Shown here: positions 22,346 through 37,239 of the stretch, piece by piece | Numbering within the stretch: the first letter of the stretch is position 1 | Layout: each line of letters opens with the position of its first letter | NCBI GenBank assembly: GCA_951406725.2 | Contig: OX597822.1 | Location: forward strand, 5,084,001-5,148,000 | Direction of reading: 5' to 3' | DNA length: 64,000 nucleotides | DNA from: Octopus vulgaris | Lineage: Eukaryota | The notes under the pieces: model-generated | Told to the model about the DNA's origin: nothing | Databases searched by the model: none | Seen by the model: only the letters and a program-made list of their open reading frames with translations | Translations under genes and position numbers: made by a program

Positions 22346-25300
22346 CAATGAAGTGCATCTTGGTTGCAGCCACGTGAAGAAAATATATCTAACAGTTGAA
22401 GTGAGGCTTCATTTGATGAAAGAATATAGTAATTTGTTTGAAGTTTTGCAATATGTGTAAATGAAATAAATGCTTGAAGAAACCTTTGAGCTATGCAGGT
22501 GAGAAATTAACCAAAATATGTAAAGTGATGACAATGAATGCAACAAAGAAAAAAGACACCTTGCATAGGTTATTTATTGATCCAATAATATTTCAGGAAA
22601 AATTTCCTTTTTTCAACTAGAAGAAAGAAAATAATCAAAGAGTTCAGGGTTCAGAGAAATGTGCTGTTAGCAACAGGCCATTAATACAATATCTTTTCTC
22701 TTTGTTTTCATTCACTGACATCACTTTATATATTTTGTTTAACTCCAAAGGGATTTTTTTCAAGTATCTTATTTAAGCTTTATTTGGTGCAACACATAAC
22801 CTGCTTGGCTTATCCATTAACCTAAAATACTGATATACTGAATATTAAACTTAAAAGGGACAAACTAAGCCTGGTAGCCTCTTCATGAATGAATGAACAC
22901 AGAACCTTTATGATCTGTAGAGACTATCTATCAAAACAACAAACTCCTTGGATGAGGAACTCTTAAACTTATCCCAGGATATCTAAACACATGGTCAGAT
23001 ACATAATATTTCTGCTGTTGAAGCTATGCTTACTCGTGATACAGATTTATAGTTTGGTAGATTGCTTTATTGAAAATTAAATTATTTTTCCAGGAGCTTA
23101 GTGCAGAAATATAATGAAATCACTGTTCAAGATTATTAAAATGAACCATTAATATGATTAGTGATGGCATGAACGACCTTTTCAAACTATATTTCATGAA
23201 GATGTTGAACGTTTATTAATTTGCTTTAAGGTTCAACAAAAATTTATATTTTGCATTTAAAAAGATTGCACATCTGTGGCTGTGGGTTAAAAAGTTCACT
23301 TTTGCAAGTATTTCATGTTCTACTCTGACAGCATGGCATCTTGGGCAAGTTCCTTTTCAGAATGACCAAAACCTTGTGGCAGAAATCTTGTACCATGGAA
23401 ACGAGTGAAGACCACTAAGAGGATCATTCTTGCTGTTAGGGGGTGGACTTAATCTGCCAACCATGTAACACTGCCTTGTGGCCTAGGGTCTACTCTGCTG
23501 AAAGCATTCAGACCAAGTCTCTAGTCTGAAAGTAACATCTCCAATAGATTATGGAGGTCCTCAAAAGAGTTATGGGCACTGCTTTACTCTCTTTGAATAA
23601 ATCCATTGAAAACATCTACCACTGGTTACTCATTTAGATCATAAAAATATGGTGACGGGCTTGGCATGTTGCAGGGGTTATGCTTAAGACATACATTTCC
23701 CAAGTTAATGAGGATCTAGTTAAATTAAATGTTAGACTTAATGAAGCTGCTGATCTTTCCACATAAAAAAAAACTTTTGGTAAAATAGGCTGGTCAGTGT
23801 TGAATGCTTAATGTCTCTTAAATTATGAACTGCACCTTATGAAAAAGAGGAGGATGTTTAAAAGGGGAAGATAAAATTTGATTAGCAAGATTCTAAAACA
23901 GGACAACATCAATTTCAAATTTTTGTTACTTGAAATCAAAAGTGCCCCAACCCTTCCAAGAGTCCAATACTGTTCACATTATTCCAGCAATTCTTTTAGC
24001 AGCAAATCTGTATTGATACTTATATCATTCTTGAATTATGCATGCCAATGTTGTAGAGAAGGCAATATTTTTTGCATGGACAACAGTCAACGCTCAATAC
24101 TTACTATGACCTTTTTCAAGGCCTCCATGATAGGACAAGTGATAGTGTTAAATTGGATGATGGATTAAGTCTACAACAAAAATGCTTCTGACAGGCCTTC
24201 ACATACTTTCCAGTTACAAAATTTCAGTCACAAGGGTTTAGTTACCCTGAAAAGACACTTGACCAAGGAGCCACACATTGGGATAGAACCAAAATGATAT
24301 AGGCTGCAAAGCAAACTTCTTAACCTCACATCTATGGATGTACAATTTTTTTAATGCAAAATACTATCAGCTGAGAAAGTCTATGTTCTTGCAATTAAGC
24401 CTCAAGTGAAAGTCATAAATGTTCAAGAATGGTGAGTCAAATCTACTTGAAATATTACATATGCTTCATGACGTACTTTCAAAAGGTCATTTATTCCACC
24501 ATTGAACATTTTAATGGTTCATTTTTAATAACCTTGAGCAATAAACTCATGTTAGTTTTGCCATTGATTCAGATATAAAAAATTCCAAAGAAAAAACAAC
24601 TACTATTTAAAAACTTAAATTATCTTTCTGCAGACAGTATAAGGGTAAAATGGTAAACTATGTTAATGAGGTCTCCTTTATATTGCTGCAGTGAGTGGTG
24701 GGGTTATATACACATAGAAAGAGGAGTGAAAGGGAGCTACATGATGACACAAAGTACAAGGGAAATATGCCAGTAGTTGAGAAATATAGAGAGGCAGAGA
24801 GACACTTTTAGAGAAGGAAGTAGAGGAAATATGAATATTTAGTGAAAAATTTAATTTTAAAATTTTGACAGAGGATGACATAAAAAAAATTTATTATGAA
24901 AGACAGGCCATGTTATTTTGTTGCCATTTCTCTCAATTAGAAACATCATTATCATCAATTATAAACATCATTATCATCAATTACAAGCATTATCATCAAT
25001 TACAAGCATTATCATCATCTGTAATTTAATATCTACAGTTCTGTGCAGTTGGCATGAGTAAGATGAACGTGATTCCATTTGTTTACTTCAAAATATGCTT
25101 TTTAAAATCTTTATGATATAATGTATCATTTTCTACACAACTCTTCAATTACTTTAAAAGAATAAAATGTAATAATTCTCCTCCTCCTCCACTTCTTTCC
25201 CCCCTCTTCTCCTTCCTCCTCCTCCAGCACCTTTTTCATGTATGTATAAACATGCAAGTTTGTGTAAAACTTAAATTTTACCTTTTGTAACTGACATGAC

Positions 25301-26399
25301 TTCAAAATATCTAAAAGAAGCATGACTAAATTCTATTTACTTTAAGGCATTGCTTTAAAAAAAAAGCAACAACAACAAAACAGAAAAGAAATGTAGTGTA
25401 TATGCTAGAAGTAAAATATAAAACATCAACAGACACATCTCTTGTAATTCTTTGAGAACAATCAAAAGGATCTTGTTTTCTCTCTTCGTCTTTTTTTTGA
25501 AGACATTGAACCTGTCATTTGTTTACAGGTGTGATATGACAAATTAATAGGATAAGTCTTCGTTGTAAACCTCAGTCCATTTATTTAAAGTGAGGGTAAA
25601 TGGCTACAGTATCACTAGTCGTCATTATTTCTAAATCAAGTTTACTCAAGAAATCTTACAACTTATTTCGCAATTACAAGTTTAAACATATTTTCAGTTC
25701 CAACGATCTCAAGAATGTCATATTCCCACTCACCTTCCTTTTGTTATTTGAACATGTTATGCAACAGCTTGTGTCTTCTGGCATAGATTGAATAAATTAC
25801 ATCACATTTAGATGTGTTACTTATGAATAAACAGCGGGGAGGTCAGTGACTTACATCCTGTCACTGACACACAATGTTGGTGGTAAAATATAACAATTTT
25901 GCTATCTTTGCGAAATGTAATGTTATAATTTCACATCGTTAACAATGCCAATTCTGACAACTTACATAATTAAACAGTTTCATAACACTGAAGTGTGTTC
26001 TGTAAGAAAAGCAACAGCCAATTCGCTATTTTACTTTCATATATGCAGTCAACTTCTTATTTCATTGTTCCATGATTGATAAAATAAGTACGGGACTTAG
26101 AATTGATTACACTCCCCAATAAATTTGATACAGTGTCAAATTGAAGAAATATTGCTATTATCATTATCATCATACTTTCAACAGTTCCATACAAATTCAT
26201 ATTGTACAAACAGGTGCATTTCAATACTCATGCAGTGTATGCAGCAATGCCTTCTGGGAATATGATGCTGTTTGTATACTATCTCCTTTTTATTTTGTTA
26301 TGGGATTTAGTTTGTGGTTTTTAGAGTTATTTTAAAGTTTTGTCTGTTGTATTTAATATATGCAATGTAATATTTTCTTGGATGATTTTGTCTTTTTTT

Positions 26400-26880
26400 C
26401 TCTTATGAGCTGTGTGACTGGTATTAAGCTTTGAGTGTCAGGTTTTACAATAGAGCATTTAGTTAGTGTAGCATTTAGAATTAATGATTTGCAGTCGTAG
26501 AGAATATGTATTATGTAAAGTATTGGTGCTATAGTGATGGACATCTGTAATATAAGAATGAATGTTATTTTATTGGCTGTTGATAGTGTAATGCATGGGT
26601 TGTTTAAATTGTGTTATTATACTGGGTTGCAATACTTAACAGTGCTTCCAATGTCCAGGAATGTGGAAAGCTATCAAATGATTTTCTGTATACCTATTGC
26701 ATTATTTCAAATGCTTTGACACACATAGTGCAATCATGTTATTTTATTGGTTAGTGATTATATAAGTAGTACTCCTGTTGACATTGGTATTGTTCTTACT
26801 TTTATGCCCACATCACACTAACATCAATTTCAAGATCCTTGTATTTTGATAGTTTCTCCACCTCCCTATGGTTTATCTGT
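26400..26880 (-). pseudogene. R4/Dong-like (RLE endonuclease) non-LTR retrotransposon fragments
   Basis: Minus strand: EVEKLSKYKDLEIDVSVMW (~26800-26865, RLE endonuclease region), YRKSFDSFPHSWTLEAL (~26640-26691, RT motif DY.KAFDS.PHSW), and ILQMSITIAPIL (QGDSLSPLLF-like). Confidence 0.72.
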
Positions 26881-27880
26881 AACCGATGATGGTTTCATTC
26901 CACAGAATTGCTGATGGAATCAGTGTTTAGAAAAACAATAGGAATAATGAGTTACTCAGGAAGATTCCTTTTTTTATAGTTACAGGATTGGCTTTAAAAC
27001 CCTTTAGCATTCAGATAACTCTGTCAAATGTAATGCTTAGTTATTCAGAAGTCACAAATTTAGGGGAAGAGTTCAATCAATTTAATATGTTCCAGTGCAA
27101 AAGTTGGACTTATTTGAACAACCTTGAAAAATGGAAGGGAAAGGTAACCAATTGTGATTTGAACTCAGAATATAAAGAAATGCAACACCATATAGCAAAA
27201 TATTTATCTAACATTCTATTATTTCTGCCATCCACCATCTCCACCATAACAACAACAACAACAATAATAATAATAAAAGACAAAGGAATGGAATGACATC
27301 AAAATGTTAATATGTGTACATTTGTGTTTGTATACAGACTGTATGTTTGTGTATGAATGTAAATGAAAGGTAATTTAGGGTAAGGGTAAAGAAGTGAGAA
27401 ACTAGCAGATTCTGCATGAAATGGCTTCTGATCAATTTAGGGAATATGATTAGTAATTTTTGGTGCCAAGGCGACCAGCTTTATGCTCGGTGATATTGCA
27501 TCAGAGAAATGCTTTACAAAGTATGATAAATGAGAGACAATTAGATGACTTGTGCATTTATACCATTTCTATTTATTGCATAGTGCCAGAAATCCTTAGT
27601 TTATGAGTTAAAACATATCAGCTTCTTGTCTCCAGTACATGATTTTTGAAGTCTGAATGCATTTAGTTTTAGCTTCCTGCAAATTTCTTTTGAGCTAATC
27701 ATGTTCTTTGCACATAATGTATGTGCACACATACAAATATTCTTTAAACCAATAAAAAAGGTAAGTTATGCACAAGTGCACACAAAAATACAAATGCTCA
27801 ATGGAAGCAAGGCCGAGAGCATGAGTTAGATTAGGGACATACGCACACAACCATACACGTTTGTGTGCATGTATGTATAT

Positions 27881-27915
<35 letters not shown>

Positions 27916-27966
27916 CATACATACACATACATATACATACATATGTATATACGTAAATATACATAC

Positions 27967-28007
<41 letters not shown>

Positions 28008-28890
28008 TATACATACACATACATGTCTATGTATATATATACATGTATATATACACATACACATTTGTATATATAATATATAGAAAAAGAGAGAAACATG
28101 CACACACATTTTCATAAAGGACGAGATAGTGTAATTTAAAAAAGGAAAAAAGACAAAACAAATAATGTTTCAAAACATGCATGGCTGATAATTAATAAAA
28201 TTAGAGACATCAAGATTAAAAGTGTGAAAATAATATTAATAAAAAAAATTAGAATGAAAACACTAGTTATAGTAACCAAGATATCCAATAATTTGTCAAA
28301 TTTTATGAGTAAACATGAAAACTCTGACAAAATCACCAAACTAACAAGAATTGGAAATTTCTGATAATTCTGAAGTTCATTAATTCATTAATGAACTTCA
28401 GAAATAATCAAAGTTCTTTTCATTTCTATATAATGATGCTTTCATATACACACATATTCTCTCCTCTCACTCCCTTTTCCCACACTGGGTTGAATATTTC
28501 AATTATAATAATTATTCAAATAGTTCCTGTGAGTAAAAAGGGCTTTTTGTAACGTTAGCTGCAATATTAGACATTAAGTTATACTTTTGATCAAGGATGC
28601 AACTCTGTTTTGAGGCGCAATTTGAGAACATGTAACATATATGGGTATAATTTTATTTCTAATACCACTGCCTTTAAAGAACATTTTATTGAAGTTCACT
28701 TGAAATACTACATAAATCTAATTATGGGCAGAATACTAATCCATTACAAATGTAGGGAAATGTTTCAATATTAAGTAATTTATTGTCCATAAATTTCTGA
28801 AATGCTTAGATATTACATTTTATTTCAGTATTTATGTGTCTTTTAAGAGTGGGAAAGAATGGTAGAAAGTTGGACAAAATACTTCATAAT

Positions 28891-29277
28891 GGACTGGAAA
28901 CACTCCGTCGGTTATGACGATGAGGGTTCCGGTTGATCCGATCAATGGAACAGCCTGCTCGTGAAATTAACGTGTAAGTGGCTGAGCACTCCACAGACAC
29001 GTGTACCCTTAACGTAGTTCTCAGGGATATTCAGCGTGACACAGAGAGTGACAAGGCCGGCCCTTTGAAATACAGGTACAACAGAAACAGGAAGTAAGAG
29101 TGAGAGAAAGTTGTGGTGAAAGAGTACAGCAGGGATCACCACCATCCCCTGCCGGAGCCTCGTGGAGCTTTAGGTGTTTTCGCTCAATAAACACTCACAA
29201 CGCCCGGTCTGAGAATCGAACCGCAATCCTTCGACCGCGAGTCTGCTGCCCTAACCACTGGGCCATTGCGCCTCCAC
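28891..29277 (-). mobile_element. Young full-length tRNA(Arg)-like SINE with 11-bp TSD
   Basis: Minus-strand head GTGGAGGCGCAATGGCCCAGTGGTTAGGGC...GGTTCGATTC. TSD tacttcataat at 28880-28890 and 29278-29288. Near-identical to 47848-48235. Confidence 0.93.
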
Positions 29278-29539
29278 TACTTCATAATACTTAACTTCAT
29301 ATTTCTACATTGTCTGTTGAAAGTATACCTTTCATTTCTTTTGTGGTCAGATCATATTTATTATGATATGGAATAGTGTGGAGCTTTAAATCAAAATTCA
29401 TGTAAACATTACTGGTACAAAATATGACAACATAATGTCCAAAACTATGAGTAAGCCTCTATGTGGTAGCTTAACATGGTAGAAATAACAGCCAAATTTC
29501 CACAAATACCTTGTAGTTTTAGTAAAAGATATATATTGA

Positions 29540-29752
29540 AGCACCCACTACACTCATGGGTGCGGGTGGCATGTAAAAAGCACCCACTACACTCACGGAG
29601 TGGTTGGCGTTAGGAAGGGCATCCAGCCGTAGAAACACTACCAGATCAGACTGGGCCTGATGCAGCCTTCTGGCTTCACAGACCCCAGTTGAACCGTCCA
29701 ACCCATGCTAGCATGGAAAGCGGACACTAAACGATGATGATGTTGATGATGA
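29540..29752 (+). mobile_element. (GAT)n-tailed SINE 3' portion
   Basis: Same family as 17894-18173, 52705-53110 and 63330-63585. Confidence 0.8.
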
Positions 29753-32700
29753 TATATTGAACAATGTAATTCTACAGCATCCTCAGAATATGAGGTGTCA
29801 TGGTTGGAATGCCTTTGGACAAAAAACATACTTTAGAGTTGACCCAAAGCTAAAGAAAAACAACAGAGTATTATTGGTAAAGATAATTCTGAATGCGTGA
29901 AGTAGCAAGTCTTCCAGATGGGAAAACTGCTTTGAGTAAGTATATGACATACACATCATCTGTGAGTAACGTTTGAAATCATAAGAAATATGGAGTTAAA
30001 TAAATGTAGTTCCCATTAGGAAAGGAAAATAATTGACATTTCAGGCTCAGACTCTTTATCAAGAAAAGGAAGCAAGGAGTATTTTCCATCTGGGTGTAAC
30101 ATTAGTAATGGAGGGCAGAAGTAGAGAGACAGAATATGGCTTCTGAGGCAAGAAGAATGGGAGTAGATGATGAGCAAAAGGTCAGCCATGCAAAGGAATG
30201 ACAGTCAACGATTCAGCTAATGCCTGCATCTGTGTGTGTGTATGTGTATGTGTGTGTGTGTGTGTGTGTGAGTGAGTGTGTGTGTATGTCTGTGTGTGTG
30301 CATGCGAGTGTGCATGCATGTTGTGGTGGATATTCAGGTTAAATGTGTAACCCCAAAATTCAATTTAAATACAACACTAGTTTTACCATTACACCAGAAG
30401 AAAATCACATCATATCATTTCTAACACTGAACTTATAATTGTCCCCACCGCTCTTCTTCTAACCATCTTATTGTCCCTACATGTTGCATAACGTACTTTA
30501 TAAATTCCTTCATTTTGACTTCTGCTACTCAGAGTAACTTTTTCCTAGTGATGAAAATGCTAACTTACAGTGCTTACAAGATTTATTATACCAATCTCAC
30601 ATAATTTTCCAGTCTTAGAATTCTTTTTTCTATCGACACTGACTCACTTTGAATATGAACTATGTATTTATGTGCCAACAAGAATGATTCTATGCTATTG
30701 CTTCAGCCTACTAGATATAGTGGTCAAATCTTCCTTAAATCACACTCCACTATTAAAAATTGGGACGGTCACTGAAGTAGCGTTTTTAATCATAAGTTTA
30801 TTTAATAAGAGCTGAGGTGGGGCTAAACAACAACAGCAACTCATTAATTAACATTCTTCATGTTTAAATAGGTGGGATGTCTTTTGGCTGCAGAAACTGC
30901 TTTTTACAGTTGGATGATCTTTCTATTGCTAACCCACTGAATCATGAAGAAGTTGTTGTCTCAGGCTTGAACTTACAGACACTGTACTGCAAGTATGAAG
31001 CATATTTTACAGCCCCTTAAAACTATGCTACTACAGAAGACAAATGAGAACTGTAGATGGTTGAATAAATTGGTTTTTGGTAAATGGCTAGTTCAGTACT
31101 AAGTCTATATCCAAGAAATTTCCACCAGGATACTTGTAGCTAAAATGCCAAAGTCATGGGATATGGCTTAGCAGTGACTATGCTTATTTATTTATGTTAA
31201 AACCATGTTTTACTATTTCTTTTCCTGGTGGTAAGAGAATTAGTTAAAACAAAACTACAATGATTTCTTCTATTAAGGCTCAAAAAAAAAAATCATTTCA
31301 GCTGTGTTTAAAACTAACAAAGTATCTGTCAGCTTCTCAGTCTGAACTGCATGCATCAATGAACTGCATCTCTCCATGGAGTTCCACAAATATGGCAGTA
31401 AAACAACGAAACAAATGAATGTTTTCAATGCCTTGAAGTGAACAAAATGGATCAATGCTTAACTTAGGTTTCATTGCATTAAGCAGCCGAAGAATAAATC
31501 TTATTTGGAATAAGACGTCCATCACTACAAAGTGACATTCCTATGAGGTTTGGGACCAAATATTGATATATGTGGAATTAATAGCTCCATAGTTTCTCAG
31601 ATATACATACCACAGCGCTTGCAGTTGATTATGAACCCAAGACCTATGAGTTGGTAATATAATACCTTATCTATTTGGACAGTTTTGCATTTATAGAGAA
31701 AAAAGTAAGAAAATAAGGAAGAAAGTAAATGTTAGTAAAGCATCACACTAACTGTAAACCGTTCCATGGTTTGAAGATTTACAGTAAAGAGATTTAATCT
31801 TCATGAACAAGAATAAATAAATCAAATTTTTCCCCAACCATCTTCTGGCCCACCACCCATATTTTCAATCATACTGATAGATCCAAAAAGGAATACATAC
31901 ATATACATATATATATATGTATATATATATATGAAATGTGCTCACATATCCCTCTCCTGCCTCTCACCAAAAACAACCAAACACGACAGTGTTCTGTGTT
32001 GAAATAGTATTATACGAGACATAATATTCATTGTCTTCTTATTTCAGCTGTGAGGTCAACATAGACAAACTAGAATATTACAGGAGTTAAGTGCATGTTC
32101 ACTTCTAATACAGCTTCCATAATCATTCTTCTGATATCAGAGATTAACTTTAAATCAAAAGCAACGTTAATGCTATCAGCTTGTTTTCCATTTCTTGTCC
32201 ATCTGGGGGATTCTTCCTGCATTGCAATGCATACTTCTTCTAAGAGATTGCCAATACATTATTTCCTATCTCCTTACTTTTTGGTTTGAGGAAATACACG
32301 TACTCATACATACACAAGTTTGGCTTCATTCTTTATTTTAAAATTATGCAATTCTTTTTTTATTTAATCCTTCTTTTATTCATATTATTGTTTTATTCAG
32401 TTTCTTTCCATCAAAATAATTGGAATTGTGCAGAACTAGAGTCTTAGAGCTTTCTTGCTTTTTTTTTTCCCACTTCTGATTATAAATTTTTAAACAGTAT
32501 TAAGAACCATTGTTCACCAATGTCTCTTATGTCTTTCTCTATCAAGCAAGCAAGCAAGCAAGCCAGGAAGCTTTGGAAAAGATAATGCAAACTAAATACA
32601 TGTTTGCTAATACTCTTCTATCACTTTCATTTCTCTTATCTTTCTGACTTATCAATCAATACTTTACCAAGTGAGAGTTTTGGTAGGCTTCAATATACCT

Positions 32701-35700
32701 CACTCGTATAAAAATATATGCGTGCACATAAATGCAGACCTTAAATAGATTTATATATATATATATGCACAGTTATAATATATTAAAAATACATAGATTG
32801 ATGACAATACAAGCAACAATAAACCCCCTTAAATATATATACATACTCTCTAAAACACAAAAATATAAGAGTTGGTTGTATATGTGATCCACTCAGCCAT
32901 TTTATCTTTACTTTTTCCATTTCATTATTTTTTTTTAAAGGGAGATGTAAACATGGTAAATCACTGGATTAATTACCTTAGAGTAATTAGTAATGTGACT
33001 TTTACGTTATGTGTTCAGACCATTAGATTCAACTTAACACGCTATCTACTACCCAGGGACAAACTTAAAAGTACTAATACATAATATACTAGGCTCAGTT
33101 GAATTAGCTATACATTTAGTCAGAAAATGTTGTCCTCTTGCCATTAAATACTTAATACTGTTTTGTTTCTTAATTTTATCCCAACAGTCATTTCAAATTA
33201 GATGGTAATTATGCCAGCATGACAAGAAATATGATGGTTTAAAATCCTCATAAAAAGCGAAAGATACTTCATAGCAACAGCACCTCAATGCTTCCAGCAT
33301 CTTGCAATGCTATCAAATATCAGAGGCTACTTTATGCTTCTTTCTTCAACTATAAACAGCGTTTCTTCTTAGAACAACATCAATCATCACCGTCAACATC
33401 ACTACCATCGTTGCCCCCCCCATCTCTATCATCAGTCATGACCATGATGATGATGATGATGATGATGATGACCATCATCATCATCATCAACATCAGTACA
33501 ATACTGCAACAGCTAATATCTGCCAGTATAATCAACGGCTACACATGAGCATCTGTTTTAATTATCACTAACGCTAACATTAAGCAGTACTTTTATCTCA
33601 ATCTATTGGAAAATTTAAAAGCTACCGGCCACGTTTACTCTTTGGAAGCAGGAACCTTTATAGTTCCCCTATTGCAACAGCTCTTACGGTCATCTTTCAT
33701 GCTGCAGTGCTCAACACAAGAAATAAATTTCACTGCCATGCACTGCTGTAATTTTTCAGTAATCTTTGAATGAAAAATCTTTTTATGTTCATTAGCAGTA
33801 GAATCATTTCAACTTGCCCATAGACACTTAAATGTAAATCACAGACAGTTTTCAATATCTTAAAACTGTCATTAAAATATTCCTTTTATCACCATGGCTC
33901 TCTGCAATTTAGAAAATCATTATTTCCTTAGATTCTCCTTGACATCGGATTCTTTAAAGACATGTAAATCTGTAGCCCTCCACTTTTACTGACCAAGCTG
34001 TTAGAATGCCATTTCATGGTACAAAAATCAAGTTCTTAACAAGCAACAACTTCCTTTGACTGCATGAGAAATACAACTAAGTCGAAGCTGGTTCATTAGT
34101 GAGAAACAGCAACTACCAAAAGACTCCCAAAGTAGATTTCAGAAATAAAAAAGTAAATAAATAGAATTTTTATATTTTATTCAAGTTGCAAATTTTTCTA
34201 CTCTTAAATGCAATAATATTTAGACCTCCCCACATATACACACACATTTAAATACATACATATATAACATACTTTCATAAATAGATTTTCTTGTGTTTTG
34301 CTTTTTTTTTATCATGAGACATATGTGAAAATCAATTTCTCTATATTTGTAGCTCTTCTCATACATTTTTTCTTATCAATTACAGATTTAGTAAACATAG
34401 CAATCAGTGATTGGGAAGCTTCAAGCTAACTTCAAAATCATTGGTGGTATATTATGTATGTGTGTATATACATATACATTGTGTGTGTGTGTATATGTAC
34501 ATACAATGTGTATGTATGTGTGTGTACATATGTACACCTACACACATACATGAACACTCACTCACACACACACACATGCACACACAAACACACCCCTGCA
34601 CTAAAACCTCTCCATATCTATCCTCTTAGTCTCATTTCTCACCCAAACATTTCCTTCGGTTTTCCTTACATTAAAACACACCCTAACAATCAATATTTAT
34701 TCCACACATATCATTCCCCCTTTCAACTTCATCTATATCTTCTTCCACCTCAGACTTAACAAAAAAAAAAATTATTATAAAACGGAAGTTGTGATATGCA
34801 TCCTGTTTAAATAAATATAAGTGAAGAGATCAAACACATGCAAAGCAGGTTGTAGTATGTGTATAACTGATAACCAGCTATTATACTAAGAACAATTATC
34901 TAAAATGACATCTTAATATAGGCACAAAGTTTGAAATTTATCGGGGGTGAGGGGGGAAATATGTAGTGCTAAACAGGTACTTTATCCTATCAACCCCAGA
35001 TGGATGAAAGATAAAGTTGACCTTCGAAGAATTTAAATTCAGTATGTAAGCAGCAGGAAAAAATACTCTAAGGTATTTTGTTCTGCACTTTAACAATTCT
35101 GTTGATCCAAAAATTTACTTCTTACACCTGTATTGAACCTTAGAGTTTATAGAAATAGCAGGCAATGAAACATTCATGCCTTTCCAAAGGATAACTATGA
35201 TACATAATTAAGCAATTCTAACTGTGAAGTGAATCTTGAAATTTCAAAAACGAAGGAGATAGAAATTTATAATACTCTTGTCTTTTGTTAAGTCATCATT
35301 GAACATGAATTCATTCTAACAGTGAACTGCAAGTTGGCTACACAATATAGCTGTTGAGATTTAATAACTATCATTGACAAAAATACTACTTCATCTTAAT
35401 GGAAAGAAAATTGCATTAAGTAGAAAATAATATGATCTAACATTTTTTTGCTTTTATGAAGATCAGAATAAATATGTAAATACGTAAAATCTTGCAATTA
35501 GAGTTTTATGCAAATTATTCTAAAATTTAATTCTAGCATTTTAAAATGATATAGATGACCTGGTCAACAACATGCACCTGGCAATATGCCAAGCAATCGG
35601 CAGTTCATATTCTATTAGTGTGTTGTAACTCATGGTCTAGACATTTTTTTTTCTGGTCAAGTTCACCAAATCGTAAGTCAGTATCACAATCTAATGAAGT

Positions 35701-36769
35701 GATGGTTATTGACATAAGATTCTATAATGATGAAAATCAAAGAGTACCAGACTTGATAGTAAGGGATATGATGTCTCCTGTTAGAAAACATTTCATATAG
35801 TGATGAAGGTCACTTAGAAATCTGTGATCCATGATACCGTAATCAGTTGTGTATGTCAGTCATTAGACATTGATTACATATGTGGAAATAATACTAATTT
35901 TGTCCTTGGGCAGCAACTGTTATTTCCTATTAGCTAACCCCTAGAAAGTATGAAAAACAGCTAATATTTCCTTCAAACTTTGGTTTTTATCACATTTATT
36001 CAAACTCCAAAGAATCCTTCTCAACACACAGCTATGATGCTTCCCCACTACTCCTGCTCATGATCAGAGATGCACATATCATCAGCCACTAACAGACAAG
36101 CAAATCTGTGGTATTGAGCAGAATATTTGATATAACAATATTTCTGCTTCAGTAGCTCAGTAAATCTGTCTGAAAAGTAATGGAAAATAGGTCAGTTTCA
36201 AAACAAGTCCAGGTCACAAAAGCAATGTTTGAAGGGAATAGTAGTAATTTCTTTTGATTTCTAGATAGAAGCAAATAGAAAATAACACTTACTAACCAAA
36301 GACAAAAAAAAAAATAAATAAATGTTACGCAGTGTAATTATAGACTTTATATTTATCATGATACTTTCCATCTTGCATTCTTAGCATAATATCAAAAGTT
36401 ATCCTCCTTAAATCACAAGGATCTCTATGACCAATTTGTTGTTTAGGTAATATTTTACATGGATTAAGGATGAATTTTTCACGGCGTACTACCCTAGACC
36501 ACTGCTTTATTACTGATGGAAAACTGAACTTATTATTGAAAGCCAATGGATTAGTTTACATAGATTTATTACTAATTCACTGGCTTCCAGTGTTTCATCC
36601 TTCATTATCAAACTTAGTATTCCTGGATTTTCTAGGGTACAGATCTTATGTCAATTATCGTAACTTCATCCCTTGCTTGTCCATTCATATGAAAAATGAC
36701 CATAACATCAACATGTCCATCCAACCCCTCCACTTCACACATCTTCCCCAACATACTCCTCCCTCCTTC

Positions 36770-37239
36770 AACCTATGTGGCCTCTTGGTCCACAGTTTCT
36801 TCCCTAACCCCTCCTTCCAACCTGGATTATTCACCTGCTCCCACCCGTGCAGCCTACTTGCCCCTACCTCTCCAACACCACCATCCTCACAGGCACCCAT
36901 CATTGTCCCTATCATATCACTGACTCCTTTACCTGCATTTCTAGCAACATTATTTACTGCATCACCTGTTCTTTCTGTCCTTCTCTGTACATTGGTCAAA
37001 TGGGACACCACTTGACTGACCAGTTCACGGAGTACCTCCAAGACATTAGACTCAGCAATGACACCCCGATCTCACACCATTTCTGCTCTACCAGTCATTC
37101 ATTACAACACCTGTCTGTATTTGGATTATCTTTGCATAGGAGCCATCCGGACACTCGTCTTCACCATGAACAGGAATTAATTTTCTTTCTTCACTCCTTT
37201 GCACTACATGGGCTCAACTCCCCTCCCCTCTTCATCTGA
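36770..37239 (+). pseudogene. PLE linker zinc-finger plus GIY-YIG endonuclease remnant
   Basis: NLCGLLVHS...PGLFTC, frameshift, then TCPYL...FTCISSNIIYCITCSFCPSLYIGQMGHHLTDQFTEY...PISHHF...EQELIF...HGLN. The catalytic Arg region is mutated. Confidence 0.9.

Noticed and set aside
22780-23040. Possible RTE RT remnant (LLGLSINLK, SLDEEL, ISAVEAML)
   Set aside because: The motifs are too short and decayed to call without a profile search.
25842-25868. 9-bp hairpin gtcagtgac/gtcactgac
   Set aside because: Too short to exceed chance in 64 kb and not a miRNA-sized stem.
35555-35860. 81-aa ORF or decayed CR1-like RT on the minus strand
   Set aside because: No convincing motif in any frame.
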